Made by a program: the position numbers and the translations under genes
Source: Myxococcales bacterium
Lineage (GTDB): Bacteria; Myxococcota_A; Polyangia; Polyangiales; DASUME01
Assembly: GCA_047601445.1 (NCBI GenBank)
Contig: JASGJH010000001.1
Location: 7,296,001-7,360,000 of the forward strand
Direction of reading: 5' to 3'
DNA length: 64,000 nt
Notes under the pieces: model-generated
What the model was told of the DNA's origin: nothing
The model's input: the letters and a program-made list of their open reading frames with translations, nothing else
The model's database searches: none
Shown: in pieces, positions 11,396-21,138 of the stretch
Position numbering within the stretch: the stretch's first letter is position 1
How the letters are laid out: each line of letters opens with the position of its first letter

Positions 11396-11601
11396 GCGTC
11401 CCACCAAGCTACAGATCTTCGCCCGGGGAGTCACACGACCTCCACACCCGGCGGAAACTTCCAGCACCCGCTGCAACTGGAGTCGGTGAGGTCAATTTCA
11501 GGTTCGCTGGTCGCGAAAGCACATTCGGAGTTGTGTTCGGTCAAACCGGATGTTCACAACCCTCTTACATCCTGACCACGTATGGGCCTAGGGTGCGCGA
11601 C

Positions 11602-12720
11602 ATGGCGAAGCGGCTTGCATTGGGTCTGATTGTGGGTGCGTTGGCGTTGGTGGGTTGCGGGGAGCCTCTGCCCCCGACCACCGGCTACGGGTCGAGCGGA
11701 GAGCCGGCCACCGGGGACGGGGACGGGGACGGCGACGGGGACGGCGATGGGGATGGTGACGAGGGCGACGGCGACACCGGCGGCGACGGTGACGTCGCGG
11801 GCGACGGCGACACCGGCGGCGACGGTGACGTCGCGGGAGACTGTGGCTCCATCGAGAAGGAGGCCGTCGTCCCGCGCGGTCCAGTGGACGTCGTCATCGC
11901 GCTCGACTCGTCGGGCAGCATGAGCGACGAAATCTGCAACGTCTCCAAGAACCTCACGACCCTGATCGACGGCCTCGGCAAGGAAGCCCGCATCACCACG
12001 GTCTATCAGATCGGCATCGACCTGTTCTTCCAGATGGCAGCCCTGTGCGGCGTGTCCGACCCGCTCGCCAACCTGGCCGTGGCCAAGGACGCGGCGCGCT
12101 ACAAGCACATCGACGCCCGCGTCGACAGCAACAACGCGCTCACCGTGCTGATCAACCAGTACGACAACTACAAGGGCTTCCTGCGCGAGGGCTCGCCTAC
12201 CCACTTCATCGTGGTGTCCGACGACGAGTCGAAACCGATGAGCGGGACCGACTTCAAGACGCAAATGGAGGGCAAGCTCGGGCACAAGTTCTACTTCCAC
12301 TCCATCGTGGCCGAGGGCGGCAGCTGCAAGGGGTCCGCGACGGGCACCCAGTACCTGAACCTCTCCGATGCCACCGGTGGCCAGAAGCTCTCCATCTGCT
12401 CCAACGACTGGAGCGCGTTGTTCAAGCAACTCGAGTCCGCCGTGGCGGCCACCGCGCCCCTCGCCTGCAACTTCGACGTGCCCACGCCGCCCGAGGGCGA
12501 GACCCTCGACACCAACGCGGTGCAGGTGCTGTTCACGCCGGTGGACAAGAGCAAGCAGGAGTTCCCGCGCGCCTCGGATTCCGGCAAATGCGGCGACAAG
12601 GTCGGCTGGTTCCTCAACGCCAACAACCAGATCGAGTTCTGTCCTGCGGGCTGCACCCTCGTAAAGGGCGGTGGCAAGCTCTCCATCGGCTTTGGCTGCG
12701 CCGCAGCGCCCCTGCTCTGA
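11602..12720 (+). CDS. vWA-domain lipoprotein with Gly-Asp linker
   Basis: Lipobox LVGC, (GD)n tract, MIDAS motif DSSGSM, VVSDDES and a Cys-containing C-terminus. Confidence 0.85.
   Translation: MAKRLALGLIVGALALVGCGEPLPPTTGYGSSGEPATGDGDGDGDGDGDGDGDEGDGDTGGDGDVAGDGDTGGDGDVAGDCGSIEKEAVVPRGPVDVVIALDSSGSMSDEICNVSKNLTTLIDGLGKEARITTVYQIGIDLFFQMAALCGVSDPLANLAVAKDAARYKHIDARVDSNNALTVLINQYDNYKGFLREGSPTHFIVVSDDESKPMSGTDFKTQMEGKLGHKFYFHSIVAEGGSCKGSATGTQYLNLSDATGGQKLSICSNDWSALFKQLESAVAATAPLACNFDVPTPPEGETLDTNAVQVLFTPVDKSKQEFPRASDSGKCGDKVGWFLNANNQIEFCPAGCTLVKGGGKLSIGFGCAAAPLL
11764..11835 (+). repeat. Perfect 36-bp tandem duplication encoding GDGDTGGDGDVA twice
   Basis: GGCGACGGCGACACCGGCGGCGACGGTGACGTCGCG occurs twice in tandem. 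Confidence 0.9.
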
Positions 12721-12727
12721 CCCGCAT

Positions 12728-12763
12728 TTCGCCGCAAGTCTGACGTGAACGCGTCAGCGGCGA
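12728..12763 (+). terminator. GC-rich hairpin after the vWA gene
   Basis: TTCGCCGC...CTGACG/CGTCAG...GCGGCGAA; no clear U tract. Confidence 0.35.
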
Positions 12764-12861
12764 AGGCGCGGATTTCTAGGCGGTAACGCGCTCGTAAAAC
12801 CTTCTGCCGGTGCCGTGCGCGCCGCTGACACGGTTGGAAGAGCGCGTATGCTCCATGCGTA

Positions 12862-13815
12862 TTGATGGAGCAACGAAACCCAGACGAGCAGGCCGCGCCG
12901 ATTGCGGCCAGTGAGCTCAAGCAGCTGCAGCAGCGCTCCGACCTGCGCGGCTTGCTGCGTCTCGCGGGGCATCTCGCGTGGATGGGCTCCGCGTGTGCAC
13001 TCTACGCCGTGGCGATCGCGAAGAGTTGGCACCCGGCTTGGATCCTGCTCGCCGGGACGGCCCTCGGCTTCACCATGGTCACCATGTTCGCGTGTATGCA
13101 CGAGTGCGTGCACCGGACGGCGTTTCGCAGCGCGTGGTTGAACGAAGGGGTGGGCTGGTTCGCGGGCCTGCTGTCCTTCTACAACAGCACGTTCTATCGG
13201 CACTACCACACCTGGCACCACCGCTTCACGCAGATCCCCGGCAAGGATCCCGAGCTCGAAGACACGCGCCCGACGAGCCTCGGCGTGTACGCCGTGGAGA
13301 TGAGCGGCGTCACCTGGTGGATCGGCAAGTTCAAGACTCACTTCACGCTGGCAGCTGGTCGTACCGGGGGCTTCCCGTTCCTGAACGAGAACACGGCGCC
13401 CGGTGCAGTGCGCTCGGTGCGCGTGCAGTTGGCGACCTACGCGGCGTTCGCCGTGGCTTCGCTGGTTCTCGGCGGCCCCTATCTCTTGGTCTATTGGGTC
13501 GTGCCCGTGGCGCTCGGGCAGCCGCTGCTGCGGCTGATTCTGTTGGCCGAGCACACCGGCTGCACCGAAGACGACAACATGCTGACCAATACCCGCACCA
13601 CGCACACCATCTGGCCGGTGCGCTTCTTGATGTGGGAGATGCCTTATCACGCGGAGCATCATCGCTATCCAGCGTTGCCCTTCTTCGCGCTCCGGGCGGC
13701 CCATGAGCGCATGGGCCAGCGGCTCAGTCACGTGGCGCGGCGCGGCTACACGGGCTTCCACGTCGAGGTGCTGCGCGGATTGTGGCGGCGCCCGTCGGCC
13801 AGGTCGGCCGCGTGA
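12862..13815 (+). CDS. Membrane di-iron fatty acid desaturase family protein (MocD-like)
   Basis: His boxes HECVH, HTWHH and HAEHH plus TM segments. Confidence 0.9.
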   Translation: MMEQRNPDEQAAPIAASELKQLQQRSDLRGLLRLAGHLAWMGSACALYAVAIAKSWHPAWILLAGTALGFTMVTMFACMHECVHRTAFRSAWLNEGVGWFAGLLSFYNSTFYRHYHTWHHRFTQIPGKDPELEDTRPTSLGVYAVEMSGVTWWIGKFKTHFTLAAGRTGGFPFLNENTAPGAVRSVRVQLATYAAFAVASLVLGGPYLLVYWVVPVALGQPLLRLILLAEHTGCTEDDNMLTNTRTTHTIWPVRFLMWEMPYHAEHHRYPALPFFALRAAHERMGQRLSHVARRGYTGFHVEVLRGLWRRPSARSAA

Positions 13816-14804
13816 GCGACGGCGAGCGGTTCGAGCTGGGGACCTTCGCGCTGCACAGCGGAGAGGTCCTGCCTGCCGCCCACGTCGTCTACAAAACCTA
13901 CGGAGAACTCGCTCCAGATCGCAGCAACGTCGTGCTGTATCCCACCTCCTACGGGGCTCAGCACAGCGACATCGAGTGGTTGATCCGGGAGCGCGGCATC
14001 CTCGATCCCACGCGTTGGTTCGTGGTGGTGGTCAATCAGTTCGGCAACGGCCTCTCGAGCTCGCCGAGTCAGCTCGGGCGCTTCGTCGCGTTCAGCCACT
14101 GGGACAACGTGCACGCCCAGGAGCGCCTCTTGCGCGAACGTTTCGGGGTCGAGCGGCTGGCCCTGGTGTACGGCTGGTCGATGGGCGCGCAGCAGGCCTA
14201 CCACTGGGCCGTGCGCTATCCAGAGCGGGTGGAGCGCGTGGCTGCGCTATGTGGCACTGCCCGCACCAGCCCTCACAACCAACTGTTCCTCAAGAGTCTG
14301 GAAGCTGCGCTGCTGGCCGATCCATGCTGGGACGGCGCCTGGTTCACCGGCACGCCGGAGCGCGGGCTCCGGGTCTTCGCGCGCATCTACGCGAGCTGGG
14401 CCGCCTCGCAGGCGTTCTATCGGGAAGGCTTGTACAAGCAGTTTGGCTTTAGCGACCTCGAAGACTACCTCGCGCGCGCCTGGGAGCCGAGCTATCGGCG
14501 CAGACACGCGTCCGACCTCGTGTCCATGCTGCGCACCTGGATGGCCAGCGACGTGTCATCGGCGGAGCACGCGAGCGATCTGCCGCGGGCACTCGGGGCG
14601 ATCCGCGCGCGCTCGCTGGTGATGCCGAGCGCCACGGACCTCTACTTCACCGAGGCGGATTGTGCGGCGGACGCGGCCGCCATCCCCAACGCGCGCTTCC
14701 TGACCATCCCTTCCATCTGGGGCCATCGCGCCGGCAACCCGGCGCAGAACCCCGAGGACGCAGAGTTCATTCGCAAAGCGGTTCTGGAGCTGCTCTCGAG
14801 CTGA
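13812..14804 (+). CDS. Alpha/beta hydrolase, homoserine O-acetyltransferase (MetX)-like
   Basis: YKTYGEL, FGNGLSSSPS, GWSMGA nucleophile elbow, DLYF, WGH; GTGA overlap with the desaturase stop. Confidence 0.88.
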   Translation: MSDGERFELGTFALHSGEVLPAAHVVYKTYGELAPDRSNVVLYPTSYGAQHSDIEWLIRERGILDPTRWFVVVVNQFGNGLSSSPSQLGRFVAFSHWDNVHAQERLLRERFGVERLALVYGWSMGAQQAYHWAVRYPERVERVAALCGTARTSPHNQLFLKSLEAALLADPCWDGAWFTGTPERGLRVFARIYASWAASQAFYREGLYKQFGFSDLEDYLARAWEPSYRRRHASDLVSMLRTWMASDVSSAEHASDLPRALGAIRARSLVMPSATDLYFTEADCAADAAAIPNARFLTIPSIWGHRAGNPAQNPEDAEFIRKAVLELLSS

Positions 14805-14821
14805 GAGCGGAGGAGAGTCAC

Positions 14822-16126
14822 GTGAGTAGTCTGTCTGCGATCGCTGCCGAAAAGGGCATCCGCTACTTCATGGTCTCCTTCACCGACCTGCGCGGAGTGC
14901 AGCGGGCCAAGCTGGTACCTGCGGCCGCCATCGATCGCATCGCCGCCGAGGGCGCGGGCTTCGCGGGCTTTGCGACCTGGCTCGACATGACGCCGGCCGA
15001 CGCGGACATGTTGGCGATGGCGGACCCACGCAGCCTGATTCAGCTGCCGTGGAAGCCCGAGGTGGCATGGGTGGCGGGCGACCTGGTGATGAACGGGCGG
15101 CCCGTGGAGCAGGCGCCGCGGCGCGTGCTCGCGCGCCAGATCACGCGAGCCAGGGAGCTCGGCTACGTGGTGCAGACGGGCGTGGAGTGCGAGTTCTTCG
15201 TGTTGACTCCCGACGGGGCCAGCATCGGCGACGGCAAGGATCTGCAGGGCAAGCCTTGCTACGACCAGCACGCGCTGATGCGCCGCTACGACCTCATCAC
15301 GCAGATCTGCGACGCCATGCTCGCGCTCGGCTGGGGGCCCTATCAAAACGATCACGAGGACGCCAACGGACAGTTCGAGATGAACTGGACCTACAGCGAT
15401 GCCCTCGTTACCGCCGATCGCCACGCTTTCTTCAAGTACATGGTGAAGACCCTTGCCGAGTCCCACGGCTTGCGCGCCACCTTCATGCCCAAGCCCTTCG
15501 CTCACCAGACCGGCAACGGCTGTCACGTGCACGTGTCGATGTGGGACGCGGAGACGCGCAAGAACGTGTTTCACGATGCTCAGGGCGAGCTCGGGCTCTC
15601 CAAGCTGGCCTACGAGTTCATGGGCGGCGTGCTCGAGCACGCGCAGGCGCTGTGCGCTCTCACCAACCCCACCGTGAACTCGTTCAAGCGCATCAATGCC
15701 GCGCCTACCCACTCGGGCGCGACCTGGTCCCCCAACACCGTGAGCTACACGGGGAACAACCGCACGCACATGATCCGCATCCCAGATCAGGATCGCTTCG
15801 AGGTGCGCCTGGCCGATGGTGCCGCCAATCCCTATCTGCTGCAGGCAGGGCTCATCGCGAGTGGACTCGACGGCCTGGCGCAGCATCGCGACCCCGGACC
15901 GCGGCGCGACAACAACATGTACACCCAGCCGCTGCCTGCGGGGGAGGTGAAGCAGTTGCCGTCTCACTTGATGGACGCCTTGCGCGCGCTGCGCGCAGAT
16001 GGCGCCCTGGTGGACGCGCTAGGCGCTGAATTCGTGGGCGCCTACTCGAAGCTCAAGGAGCACGAGTGGCACGAGCACCACGCGCATATCTCGGATTGGG
16101 AGCGCGCGGTCACTCTGGACTGCTGA
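14822..16126 (+). CDS. glnT: Type III glutamate-ammonia ligase / gamma-glutamylmethylamide synthetase-like
   Basis: RAKLVP, GAGFAGFA, KPCYDQ, YQNDHEDANGQFEMNW, SGATWSP, NNRTHMIR and C-terminal TLDC; GGAGGAG RBS. Confidence 0.92.
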   Translation: MSSLSAIAAEKGIRYFMVSFTDLRGVQRAKLVPAAAIDRIAAEGAGFAGFATWLDMTPADADMLAMADPRSLIQLPWKPEVAWVAGDLVMNGRPVEQAPRRVLARQITRARELGYVVQTGVECEFFVLTPDGASIGDGKDLQGKPCYDQHALMRRYDLITQICDAMLALGWGPYQNDHEDANGQFEMNWTYSDALVTADRHAFFKYMVKTLAESHGLRATFMPKPFAHQTGNGCHVHVSMWDAETRKNVFHDAQGELGLSKLAYEFMGGVLEHAQALCALTNPTVNSFKRINAAPTHSGATWSPNTVSYTGNNRTHMIRIPDQDRFEVRLADGAANPYLLQAGLIASGLDGLAQHRDPGPRRDNNMYTQPLPAGEVKQLPSHLMDALRALRADGALVDALGAEFVGAYSKLKEHEWHEHHAHISDWERAVTLDC

Positions 16127-16229
16127 GCGATCGGACGCTGGCGCGCAGCTAGAGCCGCCGTCCCGGACGCGCGGTATGGACACGCTGGCCGATCCAAAGC
16201 CATCGCCGAATCGTCAGGCGCCGCGAGTC

Positions 16230-17348
16230 CTAGAGCTCGTCGGCGGCCTGCTCGATGATTCCGATGCACCCGGGACGGTTCAAACACGTCGCGAGGTACT
16301 CGGTGAGTGGCGGCGGATGCGACAAGCCCTCGGCGAGAATGCGCGCATTGTCGAAGGTGATGTCGAGCTCGCAGAAGTGCAGATAGAGAGAGAGCACGAG
16401 CTCCATGCGTCTGCCGTCCATCTTTCCGAAGGCGTCGACGAGACGTGCGCGCTGCTGGCGAACCTCCGAGCTGCGGATTCGCACGAAGCGCTCCGGTCGA
16501 TGTACCCTCTCCTGCGCCGTAGAGAAAGCGTGGGTGAGCTGGGCCAGGTTCGTGCGCGAGCGCACGCCTGCAGAAAGGTGGTAAATCCGATGCGCAAGCT
16601 TGGGAGCCCACAGGAGGCGCTCGAGCCCCTCTGCAACCCAGTCGACGGGCACTACGTCGATACCCGTGGTCGTGGGATCCACCGACACCAGCCCGACCTC
16701 ATCGAGCGCACGAAACACCCAGAAGATGCTACCCGACGGTCCGCTGCCGAGTCGGGTATGGCCAACCACGATGGAGGGCCGCGCGACCACCAACGGTAGG
16801 GAGCCGAACTCATGGAGCAGTGCGTGCTCCGCCGAGGCCTTGGAAGCCGTGTATTCCACGAGGTGCTTCACGTGAGCGGCTGGAAACTCGTCCTCGCGTA
16901 CCATGTTTGCCCGGGAGTCGCCGCAGATCATGGCGGTTCCCACGTAGAGGAATCGCTCCATCTGCTTGGCGCGCAAGAGCCGGCGAGCTAGCGCCAAGGT
17001 GCCGTGATAGTTGGTCTCCCATACGCCCTGGGCTGCAATGAACGAAGTGTTCGCCCCGAGGTGGACCACATGCGTGATCTCATCGAAGATCGACTGTTCG
17101 AGCGTCTCGGGCTTCTGTAGGTCGGCGCAGACGACTTGGCAGGTGTCGAGCAGCCGTTGCGCCACTTCGGGCGGACGAAATCGTGAAAGGCGCGCGAGGA
17201 TACGAGTTCTCGCAGCGTTTTGATCGAGCCCACGCGCCAAAAGCACGTAGCGCGGGCTGCTCTCGGTTGCCTCTGTCAGGACGCGATCGAGAAAGGCGCC
17301 ACCCAAAAAGCCCGTAGCGCCGGTCACCAGTACAGCTTTCCGATTCAT
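16230..17348 (-). CDS. Extended SDR / thioester-reductase (male-sterility, MupV-like) protein
   Basis: VTGATGFLG, YTASK catalytic YxxxK, ARPSIVVG, DVVPVD. Confidence 0.85.
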   Translation of the reverse strand: MNRKAVLVTGATGFLGGAFLDRVLTEATESSPRYVLLARGLDQNAARTRILARLSRFRPPEVAQRLLDTCQVVCADLQKPETLEQSIFDEITHVVHLGANTSFIAAQGVWETNYHGTLALARRLLRAKQMERFLYVGTAMICGDSRANMVREDEFPAAHVKHLVEYTASKASAEHALLHEFGSLPLVVARPSIVVGHTRLGSGPSGSIFWVFRALDEVGLVSVDPTTTGIDVVPVDWVAEGLERLLWAPKLAHRIYHLSAGVRSRTNLAQLTHAFSTAQERVHRPERFVRIRSSEVRQQRARLVDAFGKMDGRRMELVLSLYLHFCELDITFDNARILAEGLSHPPPLTEYLATCLNRPGCIGIIEQAADEL

Positions 17349-17379
17349 ACGACCATCCACCTTCAGCTCGAGGAGCCCG

Positions 17380-17625
17380 TCAGGAAGCCTGCACCCTCGC
17401 ATGCAAGTAATCGAAGACGTCGCCTACCGTCTTCAGCTGGATGAGGTCCCGTTCGTTGACCTCGATCTCGAAGCGCTCTTCTACTTGAAGGGCCAGGTTG
17501 ACGAGGTCCAGTGAGTCCGCGCCCAGGTCCTCGACCAGCAAGCTCTTCAACGTCAGCGTCTCTGGTCGGACGTCGAGCTCCTCGCACAAGACAGCTTTCA
17601 TGCGTTCGAATAATTCGCGTTCCAT
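17380..17625 (-). CDS. acpP: Acyl carrier protein
   Basis: 81 aa, acidic, LGADSLD phosphopantetheine site. Confidence 0.93.
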   Translation of the reverse strand: MERELFERMKAVLCEELDVRPETLTLKSLLVEDLGADSLDLVNLALQVEERFEIEVNERDLIQLKTVGDVFDYLHARVQAS

Positions 17626-17659
17626 GTGAGCTCCTCGATTCAGCAGGTAAAACTCCGCG

Positions 17660-18904
17660 TCACACCGCTCGAAACACGAGGCTTACGTTGTGGCCGCCAA
17701 ATGCGAAGCTGTTCGACATCGCGATGCCGAGCCTGCGCGGTCGCGCTTCGAAGGGGACGAGGTCGAAGCCGACCGATGGGTCGGGACGTTCCAGGTTGAT
17801 GGTTGGCGGCACCACGCCGCGTCGCAAGGCCAGCAACGAAACCACGGCCTCGAACGCACCTGCGGCTCCAAGCATGTGACCAGACATGCTCTTGGTGGCA
17901 CTTACCCAGAGTCCGTCGGCGGCTCCGAACACCGAGCGAATCGCAAGCGACTCCATCGTGTCGTTGGCGGACGTCCCCGTGCCGTGGGCATTCAGGTAGT
18001 CGACGCTTTCAGGCGAGACCTCGGCTTCCCGCAGGGCTGCACGCATGGCACGTTGCGCTCCGACACCGTCCTCGCGTGGACGCGCGACATGATATGCGTC
18101 GCAGCTGGATCCGTAGCCGGCGAGTTCACCCAGGACCGGCGCGCCACGTGCCTGTGCCGTTGTGAAGCGCTCGAGCACGAGAGCCGCTGCCCCTTCGGCC
18201 ATCACGAAGCCGTCGCGCGCAGCATCGAATGGACGGCTGGCCTCGCGAGGCGATTCGTTGCGGCGCGAAAGCGCCTGCATTCTCGTGAAGGCCGAGATCG
18301 CGGAGGGCACCAGCACGGCCTCGGTGCCGCCCACGATCATGGCATCGGCGCGACCGAGCCGGAGCACGCCGGCCCCTTCGCCGACCGCATGCGCGCCACT
18401 GGCACAAGCCGTCGCGATGCAGTGATTGGGCCCCATCGCTCCGAACATCTCAGCGATCGTGGCGGAAGGGATGTTCGGGATCGCCGCTGGCAGTCCAAAC
18501 GGCGAGACTTTCGATGGACCACGCGTGCGAACGGTATCGACCACCTCGGCGATGGCCTCGAGACCTCCCATGCCCGTGCCGAACAGGACTCCAATTCGCT
18601 CTGGCTCGTAGCCGGCATCGCCAAGACCTGCCGAACGCACCGCTTCTTGCGCGGCGGCCAGGGCAAAGTGCGTGCAACGCGCATGTCGTTTCGAGTACCT
18701 CTTTCCAAGTACGCTCAGCGAGTCGAAATGTCGTACCTGGCCGCCGATGCGAACATCGTACTCGCTGCCTAGCGCCGGCTCCAAAGCGGCGATGCCACTC
18801 TCGGCGCGCAGCAACGCATCGAAGGAGGTTGGTGCCGACAACCCCATCGGTGAAATCACTCCGACGCCAGTGACGACGATGCGTTCTTGTCGCGAGCGTT
18901 CCAT
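17660..18904 (-). CDS. fabF: Beta-ketoacyl-ACP synthase II
   Basis: IVVTGVG, TACASG, HGTGT, KSMSGHMLGAAG, SNSFAFGGHN (Cys-His-His triad). Confidence 0.93.
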   Translation of the reverse strand: MERSRQERIVVTGVGVISPMGLSAPTSFDALLRAESGIAALEPALGSEYDVRIGGQVRHFDSLSVLGKRYSKRHARCTHFALAAAQEAVRSAGLGDAGYEPERIGVLFGTGMGGLEAIAEVVDTVRTRGPSKVSPFGLPAAIPNIPSATIAEMFGAMGPNHCIATACASGAHAVGEGAGVLRLGRADAMIVGGTEAVLVPSAISAFTRMQALSRRNESPREASRPFDAARDGFVMAEGAAALVLERFTTAQARGAPVLGELAGYGSSCDAYHVARPREDGVGAQRAMRAALREAEVSPESVDYLNAHGTGTSANDTMESLAIRSVFGAADGLWVSATKSMSGHMLGAAGAFEAVVSLLALRRGVVPPTINLERPDPSVGFDLVPFEARPRRLGIAMSNSFAFGGHNVSLVFRAV

Positions 18905-19011
18905 GGATGTCACGGCTTGCCCGATGCCGTCACAATCCTTCAATGTTTTTTTCGAGCGACACGCGTAAAGCAAATAGGACGGCATTCGATTCCATGACGC
19001 AGGGCGACCCC

Positions 19012-19347
19012 TTACTCCGGAGTCTGCAACTGGAGGAGCACGACTCCGACGGCGATAGCAAAGAGCCCCAATGCCTTGCTCCAACTCATGCTCTCCCCAA
19101 ATGCGATGACGCCCAGAGCCGATGCCAGCGCGATCCCGATGCCGCTCCACAGCGCGTAGACGACGCCCACATCGAGTTGCTGGATCACCTTCTCGAGCAG
19201 CCACAGCGCTGCGCCGTAGCCTCCGATGACGCCCAGCCATGCCCATGGCCGGGACGACCCGCTCGCTAGTTTCAGGAAGGTGGTCCCGAGCAGTTCTCCG
19301 ACGATTGCTGCAGCGAGCGTGAGCCAGGCCTGAAGGTTGTTCGGCAT
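19012..19347 (-). CDS. SMR (DMT superfamily) small multidrug efflux transporter
   Basis: 111 aa, four TM helices, TM1 Glu (IVGELLGT), YALWSGIG. Confidence 0.9.
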   Translation of the reverse strand: MPNNLQAWLTLAAAIVGELLGTTFLKLASGSSRPWAWLGVIGGYGAALWLLEKVIQQLDVGVVYALWSGIGIALASALGVIAFGESMSWSKALGLFAIAVGVVLLQLQTPE

Positions 19348-19596
19348 CGTGAATCGTTGCGGTCTCCTGAGCTATCCATTTCCAGGACACGAGCGAAACC
19401 TTCAAACAATCGTAGGCACGGCACGGAATTCACGATAACCGCCCATCTCTGGCAGGGCACGGCCGGGTGAGGTTCGATATTGTGCAAGCGCCTCCCAAGG
19501 ATGGCGCCACGCGGAGCCATCGCATCAGGCGTCGTGCCGGCTTAAGCTGACAGGTGCACGCCTCGCAAGGCTGCGATGCACCTAGGGAGATGCTGC

Positions 19597-21084
19597 ATGT
19601 CCATTCGCTCGCCCTTCGGACGTCGCGATTTTCTTGCAGTGACGTCCGCGGTGCTAGGCACGACCATGATCGCCGGCTGCGCAGGGGGCGTTCCACCCAC
19701 GGTCGGAGCACTCAATGGCACCCTGTCGTTGAGCGGTCATCTGGGGGAGATCCCCCCTCCTGCGCGTGGTGACCCGAACCGCGTGCTCGTCGTAGGCGCT
19801 GGGATCGCTGGACTGGCGGCAGCCAACGCCTTGCATACGGCCGGCGTCGACGTCTTGGTTCTCGAGGGACGCGAGCGGGTGGGCGGTCGCTTGCACACCG
19901 TGACCGTGGGCGGCGTCCGTGTGGACGCTGGCGGTTCATGGATCCATCACGCGAAGAACAATTGCCTTACTCAGGTCGCAGATTCGGCGGGCGTCCCACG
20001 TCGCGATCACAGCATCGATCGACTGATGCGACACGGGGCGCTTTGCGGCCCGCGCGGCGAATGGCTGCACAAGCTCGAGACGCTGCTTCTACTCGCCAAG
20101 ACCGTCGGGTTCGACGTTGCTGCAGCTCGAGCGGCCCACGACGTGGAACTCGGGAAATCCGTCTCCGACGTCGTGACCCAGTATGTAGACTCGGCCGTCA
20201 GCGACCTCAACTACCGCCGGGATTTGACCTTCTTGCTTACTCGTGTGGCCGAGACGGTCAACGCGGCGTCGACGTCCAGTCTCGGCACGGGAAACTACGA
20301 ACCGACCTACGCAGAAGTGGGTGGAGACGACGTCCCGGTCGGTGGCTACAGCGCGATTACCCGCCGCCTTGCAGGCTGGCTTCCGGTGCGTCTCGGAGCC
20401 AAGGTGCAGGCAATCTGCTGCGACGAACGCGGCGCGTCGGTGCTGCTCTCGAACGGTCGCGTCGAGCGTGGTTCCCATGTCATCGTGACCGTCCCGGTCG
20501 GCGTGCTGCAGGCGGGCACGATCGCTTTCCATTCGCCCTGGCCCGAGGCGAAGCGGGCCGCCCTGCGTGCGTTCAATCCGGGACGATTCGAGAAGGTCAT
20601 CCTGCGCTACGACCAACGTTGGTGGAGGGAGCGCGGCACCGGCTTCTTGTTGGAGAGCGCCCGGAGCACGGGACTCGATACATGGCTCGACTTCAGCGAG
20701 CCCGCTGGCGCACCGACGCTGGTCGCACTGTGCGGTGGCTCGGCCGCGGATGCGCTGCTCGAATTGGGCTCTTTCGAACGAGTCGTCGGTGCTGCCGCAG
20801 ATGTCCTTGGGAGTAAGGTCCACCCGCGGCTGAGTACGCCCAGTGCCTGGCATGTCACGAACTGGCGCAACGACCCGTGGGTCAGGGGAGCGTACGCATC
20901 GCTTCGACCGGGTGCATCGTTCGCAGTTGCCGACCAGCTCGCGGAGCCACTTTGGGGGCGCATTCTCTTTGCCGGCGAGGCGACCTCAAGCACATTGCTC
21001 GGCTATGCGGACGGAGCGCTGCTTTCGGGGCTACGCGAAGCACAGCGTCTCCTCCAGCAGAAATACGTCGAACTACTCATCTAG
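19597..21084 (+). CDS. Flavin monoamine oxidase family protein, Tat-exported lipoprotein
   Basis: RRDFL twin-Arg, lipobox IAGC, GAGIAG, RVGGR, GGSWIH, RGAY, FAGEAT, GALLSGLREA. Confidence 0.9.
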   Translation: MSIRSPFGRRDFLAVTSAVLGTTMIAGCAGGVPPTVGALNGTLSLSGHLGEIPPPARGDPNRVLVVGAGIAGLAAANALHTAGVDVLVLEGRERVGGRLHTVTVGGVRVDAGGSWIHHAKNNCLTQVADSAGVPRRDHSIDRLMRHGALCGPRGEWLHKLETLLLLAKTVGFDVAAARAAHDVELGKSVSDVVTQYVDSAVSDLNYRRDLTFLLTRVAETVNAASTSSLGTGNYEPTYAEVGGDDVPVGGYSAITRRLAGWLPVRLGAKVQAICCDERGASVLLSNGRVERGSHVIVTVPVGVLQAGTIAFHSPWPEAKRAALRAFNPGRFEKVILRYDQRWWRERGTGFLLESARSTGLDTWLDFSEPAGAPTLVALCGGSAADALLELGSFERVVGAAADVLGSKVHPRLSTPSAWHVTNWRNDPWVRGAYASLRPGASFAVADQLAEPLWGRILFAGEATSSTLLGYADGALLSGLREAQRLLQQKYVELLI

Positions 21085-21138
21085 CCGTAGGGCCACGTAT
21101 CGCGGAGGATCGGTCCTGCGTGCACGCTCGGAAGTGTC

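Noticed and set aside
11713..11835. Repeat tract as a possible CRISPR array
   Set aside because: In-frame Gly-Asp coding repeats, no unique spacers and no cas genes
17660..19405. 581-aa FabF with a long N-terminal extension
   Set aside because: The extension overlaps the SMR gene in another frame; the ketosynthase fold starts near ATG 18904
19348..19596. Guanidine riboswitch upstream of the SMR gene
   Set aside because: No paired ACGR hairpins or ykkC-type motif on the coding strand; the GGGACGACCC near 19251 is inside the gene and antisense
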